A stretch of DNA of 57,750 bases, from contig BFEA01000046.1 in the NCBI GenBank assembly GCA_003427395.1, positions 1,425,728 through 1,483,477 on the forward strand, read 5' to 3'. Shown one piece after another: positions 1-11,675 of this stretch; positions within the stretch are counted from its first letter, which is position 1, and the number at the start of each line of letters is the position of its first letter. Source of the stretch: Chara braunii. Lineage: Eukaryota; Plantae; Charophyceae. A program made the translations under genes and the position numbers. The notes under the pieces were generated by a model, which was not told the origin of the DNA, did no database searches, and worked only from the letters and a program-made list of their open reading frames with translations.

Positions 1-557
1 ATGACCAACAAAAGTTTTTGTTGTCGTCCCAGACAAGTGTGGACATTTATCCTAAGACAGCAATAGCAACTTCAGCAAGCCATGGTGTTGTGCAGCCTCA
101 ACCCCCCCCCTCCCCACTGACAAACCCAGTTCAGGGCCCCGTTGATGGACCTACGGGCCTTTTTTTTTTCTCGTTCTGTTTTATTTGTTTCTTTGCAAAT
201 GATCACAAAAACGTACCGGGCCAGTGTTTTTCCACCGGCCCAAGAAACTAAAAATAATAATAATAAAAAAAATCATCACCGCCGATTCAACGGTTTTATT
301 TATTTTTGTTTTGATTTTTTTTTTTTTTTTTTCCTTTCCTAAAACTTTCACAATTTTGTTTTTTAATCACAGGTGTGTAGAGAATTGTTTTATCTACACG
401 CCCATTTTTTATTTTTATTTTTTGGCCCATACTTAGGCCCCGAAAAAAATATCGGGGGTTCATGCCCGCACTCGGTCGGGGACGATCGGCCGCCGCGGTC
501 GGGATCCCGACTGCATGCGGTAAAATGGCCCGCGGTCATGACCGCGGTGATACATAG
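1..557. mobile_element. Right end of a non-autonomous DNA transposon (CTAYGT-type terminus); left end probably outside the window
   Basis: Ends ...ACCGCGGTGATACATAG at 557 after a GC-rich, CCGCGG-containing subterminal tract. This resembles the ends at 2880 (...CCGCGGGTGTCACATAG) and 3976 (...GGATACGTAG). Gag-like coding sequence begins at 558. Confidence 0.5.
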
Positions 558-1369
558 CTTTCAGGATATGGTGGCGAGAATGGAGAGGGAGGCGCCTACC
601 AGAGTAATGGGTTGGATCGAGAGCAGTAATTACGGCATCCAGGGAGAGGCAGTGTAGGGATTATTCGGACGGTCGTCTACAGCAGGTCCATCTCAGGAAC
701 CATCCATGGAAAAGATCATCCTAGAGACAGAGGAGGCAAAGGAAAAGAGAAAGGCAGAGAAGGAAGCCTTTGAGTTCAAGGCACCTACAGAGCTTGCCAC
801 CCAGCCCATAGTCTCCTCAGAGCCAGCGGCAGGATCCTTGTCGGTATTGGCTGGAGATAGGCCACAGGCAGCAGCCAGTGAGCCTGCACTTGGGTCGGAT
901 GAGGGATCTGTGGATGTGCTCCTTGAGGCCGTCAGTACTATGCAGGAAGGAGCAGGTATGGTTATGCCTGAGCAGAGAGTGAAAGCGTCTCGACAGGGAG
1001 AGATAGTGGTTGCGATGGCGGGTGTCTATGGGGGCACGTCACAGAGGTTAGATACACCTGAGTACAGGCCTCAGGGAGTTGGGATACGGATATAGTCGAG
1101 TACTCAGGAATTGGAGGCTAGACCTGAGGAGTCTATGGGTATGACCTAGCATCATGAGATGGCCAGAGAGGTCAGTGAGGCACCTTCATCGCCAGGATCT
1201 CAGAAGAAGAAGAAGAGGGGCCGAAAATCAGGGGAATGTCCTGCTTCTTTTGCAAGGACGGAGAACACAGGGCCTTGCAGTGTCCTAATTTTTTAAAGGA
1301 CAAGGCAGCAGGGAAGGTTACTGAGAGTGGTGGACAGATGTTTGATAGACAGGGAAGAGTAGTGGAGCG
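558..1369 (+). pseudogene. Ty3/gypsy-type gag fragment with CCHC zinc knuckle (stops and frameshifts)
   Basis: Broken ORFs (FQDMVARMEREAP..., MEKIILETEEAKEKRKAEKEAFEFKAP...) lead into CFFCKDGEHRALQC, which fits C-x2-C-x4-H-x4-C, at ~1242-1283. The frame is cut at RQGRVVER by an insertion at 1370. Confidence 0.75.
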
Positions 1370-1598
1370 TTACGTAGCACCCTCGACCGCGGCCGCAGGA
1401 TCCCAGTCAGCGGCCGACCTCCGAGGTTGCAGGCCCGCGGCCGAGCCACGCCCAGGCGGGGGCGCAAGCTCAAAATCCGCATGCGCGCTCGGCCTACGCA
1501 TGTCGCCCGCTATAGGCCTGTGCAAAAAAAAAAAAAAAATCGAAAATTTGGGGGGGCGATTTTTTATGTGTAAAAAAAAAAAAAAAATCGATTGATTG

Positions 1599-2323
1599 NN
1601 NNNNNNNNNNNNNNNNNNNNNNNNNNNNNNNNNNNNNNNNNNNNNNNNNNNNNNNNNNNNNNNNNNNNNNNNNNNNNNNNNNNNNNNNNNNNNNNNNNNN
1701 NNNNNNNNNNNNNNNNNNNNNNNNNNNNNNNNNNNNNNNNNNNNNNNNNNNNNNNNNNNNNNNNNNNNNNNNNNNNNNNNNNNNNNNNNNNNNNNNNNNN
1801 NNNNNNNNNNNNNNNNNNNNNNNNNNNNNNNNNNNNNNNNNNNNNNNNNNNNNNNNNNNNNNNNNNNNNNNNNNNNNNNNNNNNNNNNNNNNNNNNNNNN
1901 NNNNNNNNNNNNNNNNNNNNNNNNNNNNNNNNNNNNNNNNNNNNNNNNNNNNNNNNNNNNNNNNNNNNNNNNNNNNNNNNNNNNNNNNNNNNNNNNNNNN
2001 NNNNNNNNNNNNNNNNNNNNNNNNNNNNNNNNNNNNNNNNNNNNNNNNNNNNNNNNNNNNNNNNNNNNNNNNNNNNNNNNNNNNNNNNNNNNNNNNNNNN
2101 NNNNNNNNNNNNNNNNNNNNNNNNNNNNNNNNNNNNNNNNNNNNNNNNNNNNNNNNNNNNNNNNNNNNNNNNNNNNNNNNNNNNNNNNNNNNNNNNNNNN
2201 NNNNNNNNNNNNNNNNNNNNNNNNNNNNNNNNNNNNNNNNNNNNNNNNNNNNNNNNNNNNNNNNNNNNNNNNNNNNNNNNNNNNNNNNNNNNNNNNNNNN
2301 NNNNNNNNNNNNNNNNNNNNNNN
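1599..2323. other. Assembly gap (N run)
   Basis: N bases. Confidence 1.
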
Positions 2324-2418
<95 letters not shown>

Positions 2419-2432
2419 ATCAATCAATCAAT
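2324..2432. repeat. Compound microsatellite (TC)n(AC)n(CAAT)n
   Basis: Directly visible. Confidence 0.95.
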
Positions 2433-2898
2433 CAAAACCCTTTTTTGAAGTTTTTTGTTTATTTATTTTCAAATTTTGCATTTTATTTTTTTTAAAACAC
2501 CTCATTTCCCTGCAAAAAAACAAAATCCAATTCTAAAAAAAATACGGGTGTAATCAGGGACCATATATCTCATGATAAAAAATGGCAAAAAAAAATTCTT
2601 GCTTTTTTTTTTTTTTTTTTTTTTTTAAATCGATTTTAGTTTTTGATTTTTTTTTAAATCCTAAACAAAGTCGGATTCCAAAAACAAAAATATATCGGTG
2701 TAGGGTTTTCGAAGCCCTAAACCCCCATTTTTTTAAAAAAATTTTTATGTATTTTGAGGGGTAAAAAAAAATAATTGAAAAACCAGGCTGCGGACTGGGC
2801 CTCATAGGCTGCGGCTGCGACCGAGAATCTCGGTCGCAGCGGCCGAAATGCCCGCAACCTAGGCCGCGGGTGTCACATAGGTGGAGCAGACTGCTGAT

Positions 2899-3366
2899 CA
2901 ACGAAACACCCGCGGACGTCGAGCTCGGAGGGCGACCACATATACGGCCGCGTCCGCGGCTGGCCTCGTCCGCACCTCCGGCGTGAATTTACCGTATTTT
3001 TTTAAATTTATTTGATAACCAATATATATATATATATATGGGGTTGTCGGGATTTTTAATCCCTGCAACCCCATGTTTTTGTTTTTGAAAGAAGATCATC
3101 TTAAGGAATTATAAAAAATAAAAAAACATAAAAGGTTGAGAATTTGAGAAAAGAAATTGAAAAAAAAAAAATTACAAAAAAATTGGGGGTGGGGGATTTT
3201 TTGCTGGCAGTTCATTGTATTCTTCACTTTTACATAATTTTTTTATTTTTTTTTGTTGTGTAATAAGTAAACAATCAAGGAATGGAAAAAAAAAAAAAAA
3301 AACTTTTTTTTTTTCATTCCTTTATTGTTTCCTTATTACAGTGTGTGTTTGTGTGTTTGTGTGTGT

Positions 3367-3413
<47 letters not shown>

Positions 3414-3477
3414 TGTGTCTGTGTGTGTGCGGTCGTGTGAGGGGTAGGGGGGCGACCCCGTCCCCACCAATCAATCG

Positions 3478-3515
<38 letters not shown>

Positions 3516-3976
3516 CAATCAATCAATCAATCAAAAAAAAAAAGGCAAAATCGAATAAATATTCCGCTAGAACATGAAATTATACAGTACNNNNNNNNNN
3601 NNNNNNNNNNNNNNNNNNNNNNNNNNNNNNNNNNNNNNNNNNNNNNNNNNNNNNNNNNNNNNNNNNNNNNNNNNNNNNNNNNNNNNNNNNNNNNNNNNNN
3701 NNNNNNNNNNNNNNNNNNNNNNNNNNNNNNNNNNNNNNNNNNNNNNNNNNNNNNNNNNNNNNNNNNNCCTCCTAATATATTTTGTTTTTTGTTTTTTTTT
3801 GCTCGAGGGGGTGGGGCTGGGGGTGCGCCGCCCCATGCCACCACTCAATTTTTTTGTGCCCCTCCGTAGCGGCCGCCATGCGTCCGCGAAGTCGCGCGTC
3901 CACGTCCGCAGGATCACGGACCTGGCCGCGACCGCGAACTTCGTCGTGCTTGACCGTCGCTGGGGGGGATACGTAG
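2899..3976. mobile_element. Second non-autonomous DNA transposon of the same type, inserted in gag (contains a gap)
   Basis: Flanked by CTGCTGAT (2891-2898) and TTGCCGAT (3977-3984), 6/8 identical with two transitions. Left end CAACGAAACACCC versus right reverse complement CTACGTATCCCCC. Interior has (GT)n and (CAAT)n. Confidence 0.55.
3591..3767. other. Assembly gap (N run)
   Basis: N bases. Confidence 1.
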
Positions 3977-5820
3977 TTGCCGATGGGGTAGAGCAAAGTT
4001 ATATAGGCAAAATCAGGAGGAGATGAGTAAGTACGGACTGGTTCGCCTATATGTTGTCTAGTCATTTTTAGCTTGAGTGAGAGTTAAAACTTTGTCTTTT
4101 CTTTTCTTATTTTTTATTGATAGATTCAGATTTTAGTACCTATGCTCTTTGGCTGTACAGGTGAGGTTTATGGCGTATGTCTACTATTGAGGATTTCAAT
4201 AGTGATTTGAGATTTGAGGTTCAGTGATGTGACATATGTACAGTGGGATTACTTTTCTTCTGACTCTTGAGAGTCAGGCCCGACTCTGATTTTGAGTACA
4301 TTTTTGGCAGAGTGTTTGCCTTGTATTATAATAGGAGTGATTTTACTCAATCTGACTAAGACTACGAATCTGGACCATTATTTGTATTTTGGATGAGACA
4401 TCTCATCCCTGAGGGTATATTAAGTTGAGATATTACATGAGGCTATTTCTTTGTATATGACGATTTCAATCACTCTCACATGTGTGGTGGTGTAACCAAT
4501 TCACACAGTGCGACAACAACAATCGCAATGGACGAGAGCAATCAAACCCATAGACAGAGAGGACAAGAGACATAACTTATAGACAACCAATAGAGAAGGG
4601 AGAAGACCGGGAAGGGAATTTGCCAGCCATTGGTAACAATATACGACAGAGTTGCGACAAAGTTGACAAGCCACACTCACGTAGTCTAATCTGTACAGAG
4701 GTTACTATGTTGAGAGAATGATGGTATAACCAATTCACACAGTGAGGCAACAACAATCGCAATGGACGAAAGCAATCAAACCCATAGACAGAGAGGACAA
4801 GCGACACAACTCATAGACAACCATAAGGGAGAAGACCGGAAAGGAATTGACCAGGCATTGGTACCAATAGACGACAGAGTTGCCACAAAGTCGACAAGCC
4901 ACACTCACGTACTCTAATCTCTACGGAGGTTACTATGTTGAGAGAATGGTGGTATAACCAATTCACACAATGAGGCAACAACAATCGCAATGGACGAGAG
5001 CAATCAAACCCATAGACGGAGAGGACAAGAGACACAACTCATAGACAACCAATAAGAAGCGAGAAGACCGGGAAGGGAATTGACCAGCCATGTGTAGTTT
5101 TATCCTGATGTATGATGACTTTGTGTGAGAGATGTATAAAAAACATCTCGTCTATTTTGCATTTTGTGAATGTGAACTGTCTACTCTTCGGTATACTCGT
5201 GCGGTCTGCCCATTCGCAGATGATAAAATCGAGTATAAGGGGAGGACGTGCAGTCTGTTTTTTTGTAAAGTTTGTGAGAATCCTAAAGGATTTATGAGTC
5301 TTTGAGTCTCGAATGTTTACCATGTCAAATGTTAATTGTTGTGTTGTGATGAGGACCCATAAGTTTGTATCTCAAGTTCTGAGTCATTTTATGGTTAATT
5401 CACCTTTAAGAGAGAAGGTGATTATTTGTTTATTTGAAGACTCATCTTCAGTAGAAGATGTTTTAAAAAGGTCGTGTGAAAGTTCATCCTAGAGAGAGGG
5501 GTAACTGGGAGACCTAACGAGTGAGACCTCCTTCAGATGAAAGAGCGTTAAAAGATTTAATGGCATGGAAAGTAGAGTTGAAAGATAAAGTTTGACGAGA
5601 TTGACCAAGTTTTGTTTGGTCATTAATGTAATTTTGGAGGTCGCAAGAGTGATTTATTTGCAGGATGTCATTAAGATGTGTAATCTCCTTACTTTGATCA
5701 AGTTAGAAGGTCACGGCCTTGTGAATCTGACAGTGATTTTGTTTTGTGAAATTGTAGTGGATGTCATGCTCTCGGTGTTGTCCCACAGAGGACTGGTAAA
5801 TGTCTTTAATGTGTGACAGA
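3977..5820 (+). mobile_element. Continuation of the decayed gypsy element (gag C-terminus, then degraded internal sequence)
   Basis: After removing both inserts the gag reads ...RVVE(R/Q)TADG and then, with a 1-nt shift, RAKLYRQNQEEMSK. Downstream sequence is stop-riddled and CpG-poor, and no clean pol motif was recognised. Confidence 0.4.
4485..5090 (+). mobile_element. Tandem-array TRIM-like element: LTR-int-LTR-int-LTR
   Basis: Three ~140-bp TG...CA repeats (4485-4629, 4719-4857, 4947-5090) separated by two 89-bp internal copies. Each internal copy starts T-TGGTA (PBS-like) and ends GAGAGAA (weak PPT). TGTG flanks both sides (4481-4484, 5091-5094). Confidence 0.7.
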
Positions 5821-6278
5821 CTGTTGCGTAGTCCCACAATGGGCCTATATTGTTGCGACACGCCGTTCAACCACTTGAGCTAATCTTAAGGCATTTACGG
5901 GAATACCAAGCTAACGGTGAAGTTTAGCATCACTGAGGTGCAACCCCTTATGTTCATTGCTGATCGGCGTAAACTGACGGCATGTCCACGTCTCACCAAA
6001 TGAGTAAAGACTTAAAAGGATTTGACGACCCATGAGGGTTTAACTTCCTGCGAACTGTCGTTGGGATAAGAGTCGAGTCAATTCAGTTTTTTTTTTTTTT
6101 TTTTCAGAATCATGATTGAATGCTTATCAATAGAAAACCTATCATGGCGTAAGCTGTGAAACACTACCGCTAAAATAACGATGTGGTGGGCCGTACATCT
6201 CGCTCAATCACCCAGACTATAGTGGACCAAGATGGAAGTCTGACCCTCCTATACAAGACTGCAAGAAGAGTCTAAGGG

Positions 6279-6317
<39 letters not shown>

Positions 6318-6320
6318 TTA

Positions 6321-7061
6321 CAGGGTTACCGGCGTTCAAGACGGTCCGAACGCCCGAACGTATGGGACCCCTTGGGGATGCGTTCGGCTGTTCTGGTCGA
6401 ACCTGGACAAAAAAAAAAAAAAACAAGTTCGTCAAAAAAATTGAAACAAATATATGTTATGAATAAAAATAAATTAAACAAGATTTGTCTGAGCATTACA
6501 TCCGGATTCCTTACCAAATTTGAAATAAAAATAAAAAATGGAAAATAAATACTAATAATAAAAATAAATAAAAATAAAAAAAGAATTAAATTTAGTGTGT
6601 GCGCGAGTATGTTTTCGACACCGCCATCTTTGGCGATTTTATTTTTTTTGCATAGCTAAATGCCCTGAAAATTTACAGATGTGTACTTCGCATAATACAA
6701 AACCCACTAAAAAAGTTTCAAAAAATAATAAAATTGTTTAGACCCCGAACTAAAGTGAAAACAAAAAGTAAAAAGTGAAAAAATATGTGGGCAAGCATGT
6801 TTTGACACCGCAGAAAAAATCTTTGGCGATTTTTAATTCTTATTGGGCAAAGCCAAATGAATCGAAACTTTACATGCATGGTTCCCACGTCATAGAGAAC
6901 TCACAAAAAAAATGTCAGAAAAAAATTATTATCTTTAGGCCCCGAAATAATTTTTGGTGGGGGCCGAATGTCGTCGGGTTCGGACCTCGTACGGAGCCCC
7001 GAACGCCTGTACATACGGAGGTCTGCCCGGGAACCTCCGTACGAACTAGCTGGTGACCCTG
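6321..7061. mobile_element. Tc1/mariner-type MITE (non-autonomous) in a (TA)n tract
   Basis: TIRs CAGGGTTACCGGC (6321-6333) and GCTGGTGACCCTG (7049-7061), 11/13 matching. TA on both sides; AT-rich non-coding interior. Confidence 0.85.
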
Positions 7062-7525
7062 TATATATATATATATATATATCGTCACAAATAGATATAT
7101 ATATTTGATTGTGAGAATTGTTGGGAGGAAGGCAAGAATACCTTCAAAGGTCTCGGTTAGGGTCCGCGTCCCTAGTTATGGCCCTGCTTGCGGGGTAGAG
7201 ACTAAATGGGACTCGGACACTTAACGAGAAGTTGGCGTTTGTCGAGGGCAATGGGGAGAGGACGGTTCAAATGGCCGCTGAAACTTATGTTGTAGTGTAT
7301 ATGCGTACTACACCGACGTCCTACTGCCAGGACAATACAGACCCGTGTTAGAATCCTGACAGCATATAGTTGTGTTTGGCATGGATTGAGGGAGGCATCG
7401 AACCAGAGTCTGTCGGCTGATCGGATTGGTTTTTTTTTTCATCAGCAGTTTTGGATTATGATTGAACTGATAGTTTTTTTATTCTGCGAAGCGAAAGGGA
7501 CGTCGCTTAATATGGTTCGGTAAGC

Positions 7526-8208
7526 TGTAGGCGCGAATACCCTTACAAGGGTATCTGCCCTGGTTTTTGCAAGCGGTAGAAAATAAATTAGTTTAAAAGT
7601 TTAAATATATCGCGCGAGCCGCGACTGTAATTTACCTTGACCAGATGGCTGTCTAGTTTAAAGAGTGCGTGGGCGCGCGGACTAGAAGCGCGCGTGATTT
7701 TTTTATTTGTTGATGATTGAACAGTCGGCGTGATCACCGACCCAATTTTCATTTCTGATTAAACTAGGTTTAAGAGGGTTTTGTCTCTCGATTGGTGTGC
7801 TTGCCTACGACTTATGCGTACGTACGAGGGACGGTATCGACAATAATGTGAATTTGAAAGCGTTTCGGTAGGTCTGCGCGCTACGCAATATCTGTTTATT
7901 TAAGTGTCAGTCAATACTAGACTCAACCTTGGGCCTAGTACTATTGGTTACGGTATGAGACTTCTAACCAGAAGATTCAAGGATCAAGATCGAGCGACGG
8001 CGACGCGGGAATGTCAGAGTAGCGCAAAGGGACCGAGAGGTTGAGGGTTTGGCGGGGCTATCCCCTTGTATTTTGTTGTTGGCGGAGTCGAAATAGTACT
8101 AACGGTTTTCCTTTTTCCCGATGACTAGTAGTTTTAGGTATTTTATTGTTTTTATCATCGATATTATTTGACTTTATGCTTTGATTTTTCTTAAAGTCCG
8201 ACGTGACA
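7526..8208 (+). repeat. LTR-like repeat sharing a start motif with the 52-55 kb units
   Basis: Begins TGTAGGCGCGAATACCCTTACAAGGGTAT (compare 52145 and 54353) and possibly ends ...CGACGTGACA. No TSD found. Confidence 0.35.
7929..8000 (+). pseudogene. Degenerate tRNA-Arg(TCT)-like sequence
   Basis: TAGTACTATTGGTTACGGTA-TGAGACTTCTAACCAGAAGATTCAAGGATCAAG aligns by eye to the eukaryotic tRNA-Arg pattern: D-arm/A-box, GACTTCTAA anticodon loop, CAGAAGATT variable region and a decayed T-loop. The stems are broken. Confidence 0.45.
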
Positions 8209-8530
8209 CCGACCACGGGTGGCCGGCTCAGCAGTCAAGGACTTTGAGCGCACGCCTCTTTGGTTGACTGGCGGGTTCCTGCAGGATCGAGATGGGGAGT
8301 CATACTCAGGGAGGAAGGCCCGAGGCACAATAAGGAGGCTCACAACTGATCTGAGTGCCCAGTAATCACATGGGATTTTCCTCTGCTTCGGCCTTCCAAG
8401 TTCCCAAGTGACTACCTGTTATTACCACTAAGATTTGCATAGGGCCGCTGCTTTTAGGCCCATGCATGGACCCTTTAGCAAAAACCGCACCCCCTTTCCG
8501 ACTTTATTTTCCAAGGTCGGACCAATCCCA

Positions 8531-8810
8531 GGCCCGCACTATTTTTAGTGCAGGCTTGTGCTATTTTTAGCACACGCCCGTGCGATTTTTAGCGTGGGCC
8601 CGCGCTATTTTTTGCGCAGGCCCGTGCTAATCTTAGCACAGGCCCGTGCTATTTCTTGTGCAGACCCGTGCTATTTTTAGCTCAGGACTGGCTGTTCGCG
8701 TTCCAAAGTCCGGACCGTCCCAGTCCTGCACTAATTTTAGCACAGGCCCGTCCTATTTTTAGCACTAGCCGCGCTAATATTAGCGCAAGCCTATGCTATT
8801 CCTAGCAGTG
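8531..8810. repeat. 22-bp tandem repeat GGCCCGTGCTATTTTTAGCACA (about 11 copies, one interruption)
   Basis: Directly visible; each unit contains the mini-palindrome GTGCTA-TTTT-TAGCAC. Confidence 0.85.
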
Positions 8811-9876
8811 GCCCCGACCATAGGACTGCTGCACTTGGCCCGACGATCCGGCCTCTCCACTATAAAAGAGAGGCCGTATAATTCAAGAGCGAGAGAGAAA
8901 CACTTGTGGGAGTACGGACATGCTGGTGGAACGGAACTGGAGTTATAATACCGTAAACGAGCTGGAACAGGTCGTGGCAATTAAGGGAAGAGGTAAGGAA
9001 AGGGGAATGGCTGCATCGGGGGGAAGTGGTGTCCCAGAGTTTCACCTGGCCATTGTCCCCCTGGATATCTTCCCAACCCCTCACCTTCCCTTTCTCTCTC
9101 TCTCCTCTTTGCTTTCGTCATCTCCTTCCTTTTCTTCTCTCGGCTCACTCCTTCTCTTGCCATTGTCTAACCCCCGCGCGTGTCCTCTTCTTGCCTAGTG
9201 TGGCACATAAACATTACATGTGTATGCACATTCAGGCTGCCACAATATTGTGCATGGTCGCATGTGCCCCCTCTCATGATATGCACATACCCTCGCTCCA
9301 TTTGAGCAGTGAACCGGAGCATGAGCTCTTGTACCTTCTGAGTCGCGAGCCAGTGAGCTTCCCTGCATGATTCACAGCCACGAACCAGCGAGTTTCCACG
9401 TGCGATTCTGAGCCACGAGCCAGCGAGTTGCCCCGTGGGATTTTGAGCACGCACATCCCCATGCCCTGAATCAACGACTCAACGAGCTAGCACTCGCATC
9501 CGCTGCCATCTACCAATAGGTTGGCGCGTGTATCTCTGGACCACTGGTCAACCAGCAACAGTGCGTATCTACACATCACAGATAGGCAACCCAGCGCGCG
9601 TATTTACGTGCCCTCAATCAAGCCAACCAGCGCTTGTATCTGCACACTATTGATCTGAGAGCAAGCACGCGTGTCTCTATACGCGCGCACACCGTGCTCA
9701 ATTGGAAACACGGATCTGCCTGCTCGCGCGCACTATGCGAGCTTGTGCGTTTTCCTCACAACATGCCATGTTCCGTGTCCTACTCGAATGGTGACCTGTA
9801 TCCCTGTGCACTTCGCAACGATGCGCGCCCGACCTGTGTATTGATTCGAGATTGTGCACTAAATGCATTCCATTTC

Positions 9877-10290
9877 AGGGATCAGATCGTGACTATGCGC
9901 TCACTGCATTTCGTACCAGGGATCAGTTCGGGATTGTGCGCTCGACACATTCCGCACCAGGGATCAGTTCAGGATTGTGCGCTCGCCGCATTCCGTTCCA
10001 GGGATCAGATCAAGATTGTGCGCTCGCTTCATTTCGTACCCGGGATCAGTTCGAGATTGTGCGCTCGCTGCATTCCGTTCCAGGGATCAGATTGGGATTG
10101 CGCGCTCGCTGAGTTCCAGTCTAGGGATCGGATCGAGACTGCGCGGTAGCTGCATTTCGTACGAGGGATCAGTTCGGGATTGTGCGCTCGCTGCATTTCA
10201 AACCAGGGATCAGTTCGAGACAGTGCGCCTGCTGCATTTCATACCAGGGATCAGATCGTGTCCGAGCGCCCACCGCATTTCATACCATGG
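9877..10290. repeat. 41-bp tandem repeat CAGGGATCAGTTCGGGATTGTGCGCTCGCTGCATTTCGTAC (about 10 copies)
   Basis: AGGGATC recurs about every 41 bp from 9877 to ~10246. Confidence 0.9.
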
Positions 10291-10649
10291 GTCAAACTAT
10301 GGTCGTTCGCTAACTGCATGAGTGTCAGAGCACCCCGATGATTCAAATCTCCACGATTGTTCCATCCGGGTTGCCATCTATTTAGGACTACGCATTTCGG
10401 CCTCTGATGATTCCTCTATTCGAGATTGGTCCACTATATTTCCAATGATTCGGAAATCAGTCCCCACGCACGGACAATATTTAATTTTGGGCAAACGATC
10501 GCAGACCGGTAATGCTAACAACATTCATACTCCGTTCACACTGAGAACGGTAGTGATGGACCGTGTTCACACTTGGGACGGGAGTTCAGGATCGTGTTCA
10601 CTCTCAAAACGGTAATATCGGACATCGTTTCTCCAAAGTGGCAGAGCAA

Positions 10650-11230
10650 GGTCATTGTTGAGCGTGCACCCATGCCAGAACTTGTCGACTTTAGCGCGCG
10701 CCCAGGCCAGACATTGCTGCCTCGGTGCGCGCCCAGGCTTGGTGCCGCTCATTTCGTGCGCGCCCAGGCCCGACATTGATGTTTTAGTGCACGCCCGTGC
10801 CGGGTGTCAGTGGTTCAATGTGCACCTTGACGTGGTGCGCCCCCATGCTTAGTGCTGCTGATTCAGAACACGCCCCTGCTAAGTTCTGCTGATTCAGAAC
10901 GCGCCGGTGCTTAGAGTAGCTGATTTAAGTGCGTATCTAGACCCGGCATTGATGTTTTGGTGTCCGCCTATGCTAAGCGTTGCTGTTTGAGTGCGCACCC
11001 AGGCCCAAATGTGATCATTTGGTGTGCGCCCAGCCTGAACTGGGTGTTTTAGTGTGCGCCCCTGCTTGGACTTGCAGGTACGTTGCAACGATGCACTCCC
11101 AACCGTTTTTTAGTGTGTGCCATGACATTCTGATGATTCTAGAACGCGCATGCTGGTATGATGGTTTGGGAATGCGTACCCTGCTAAGTCTGATTGGTTT
11201 AAGGCCGTATGCTTTGTTGGATTGATGCCC
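10650..11230. repeat. Degenerate ~30-35-bp repeat (GTGCGCGCCCAGG / TGCTGATT motifs)
   Basis: Recurring motifs seen by eye. Confidence 0.55.
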
Positions 11231-11330
11231 GAGTGTTGCGGCCTGTATGATTAGGCCCCCATTCCCATTGATTCGACTCCTTGCCGATCAGTCTCTATAC
11301 AGGTGATACTTTTTCAGTCCTTGTGCAAAC

Positions 11331-11639
11331 CAGGGCTGGGCCGGCGACCGGCCGGTCGGGCTGCCCCGGTCCAACCGGGGTTCCGGACCGGCCCAGGGGG
11401 GGTCAACCGGCAAACCAGATGGCCCCAAAAAACGGCCAATTTTTTTTATTATTATTATTTTTTTAGCGGGATCCGACTGCGCTTGCCGAGATCTGTCGGA
11501 TTCCACAATAAAACTTTGACGGTTGGACTTTTTTTTTGGGGTGTGCCGAGAGGGGGGGGGGGGAGGGGGGCGCTTGCCGAGATCTGTCGGATTCCGCAAT
11601 AAAACTTTGAAGGTTGGACTTTTTTTTAGGGGTGTGCCG

Positions 11640-11675
<36 letters not shown>

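Larger units (their letters stand above)
1370..2880. mobile_element. Non-autonomous DNA transposon inserted in gag (contains a gap)
   Basis: Flanked by GTGGAGCG (1362-1369) and GTGGAGCA (2881-2888), 7/8 identical. Imperfect TIRs: left TTACGTAGCACC versus right reverse complement CTATGTGACACC. GC-rich subtermini; interior of poly-A/T, (CT)n(CA)n and (CAAT)n. Confidence 0.65.

Noticed and set aside
1494-2536. Long ORFs around 1.5-2.5 kb (also 3.5-4.0, 27.4-28.0 and 50.9-52.0 kb)
   Set aside because: They are artefacts of N-runs and microsatellites.
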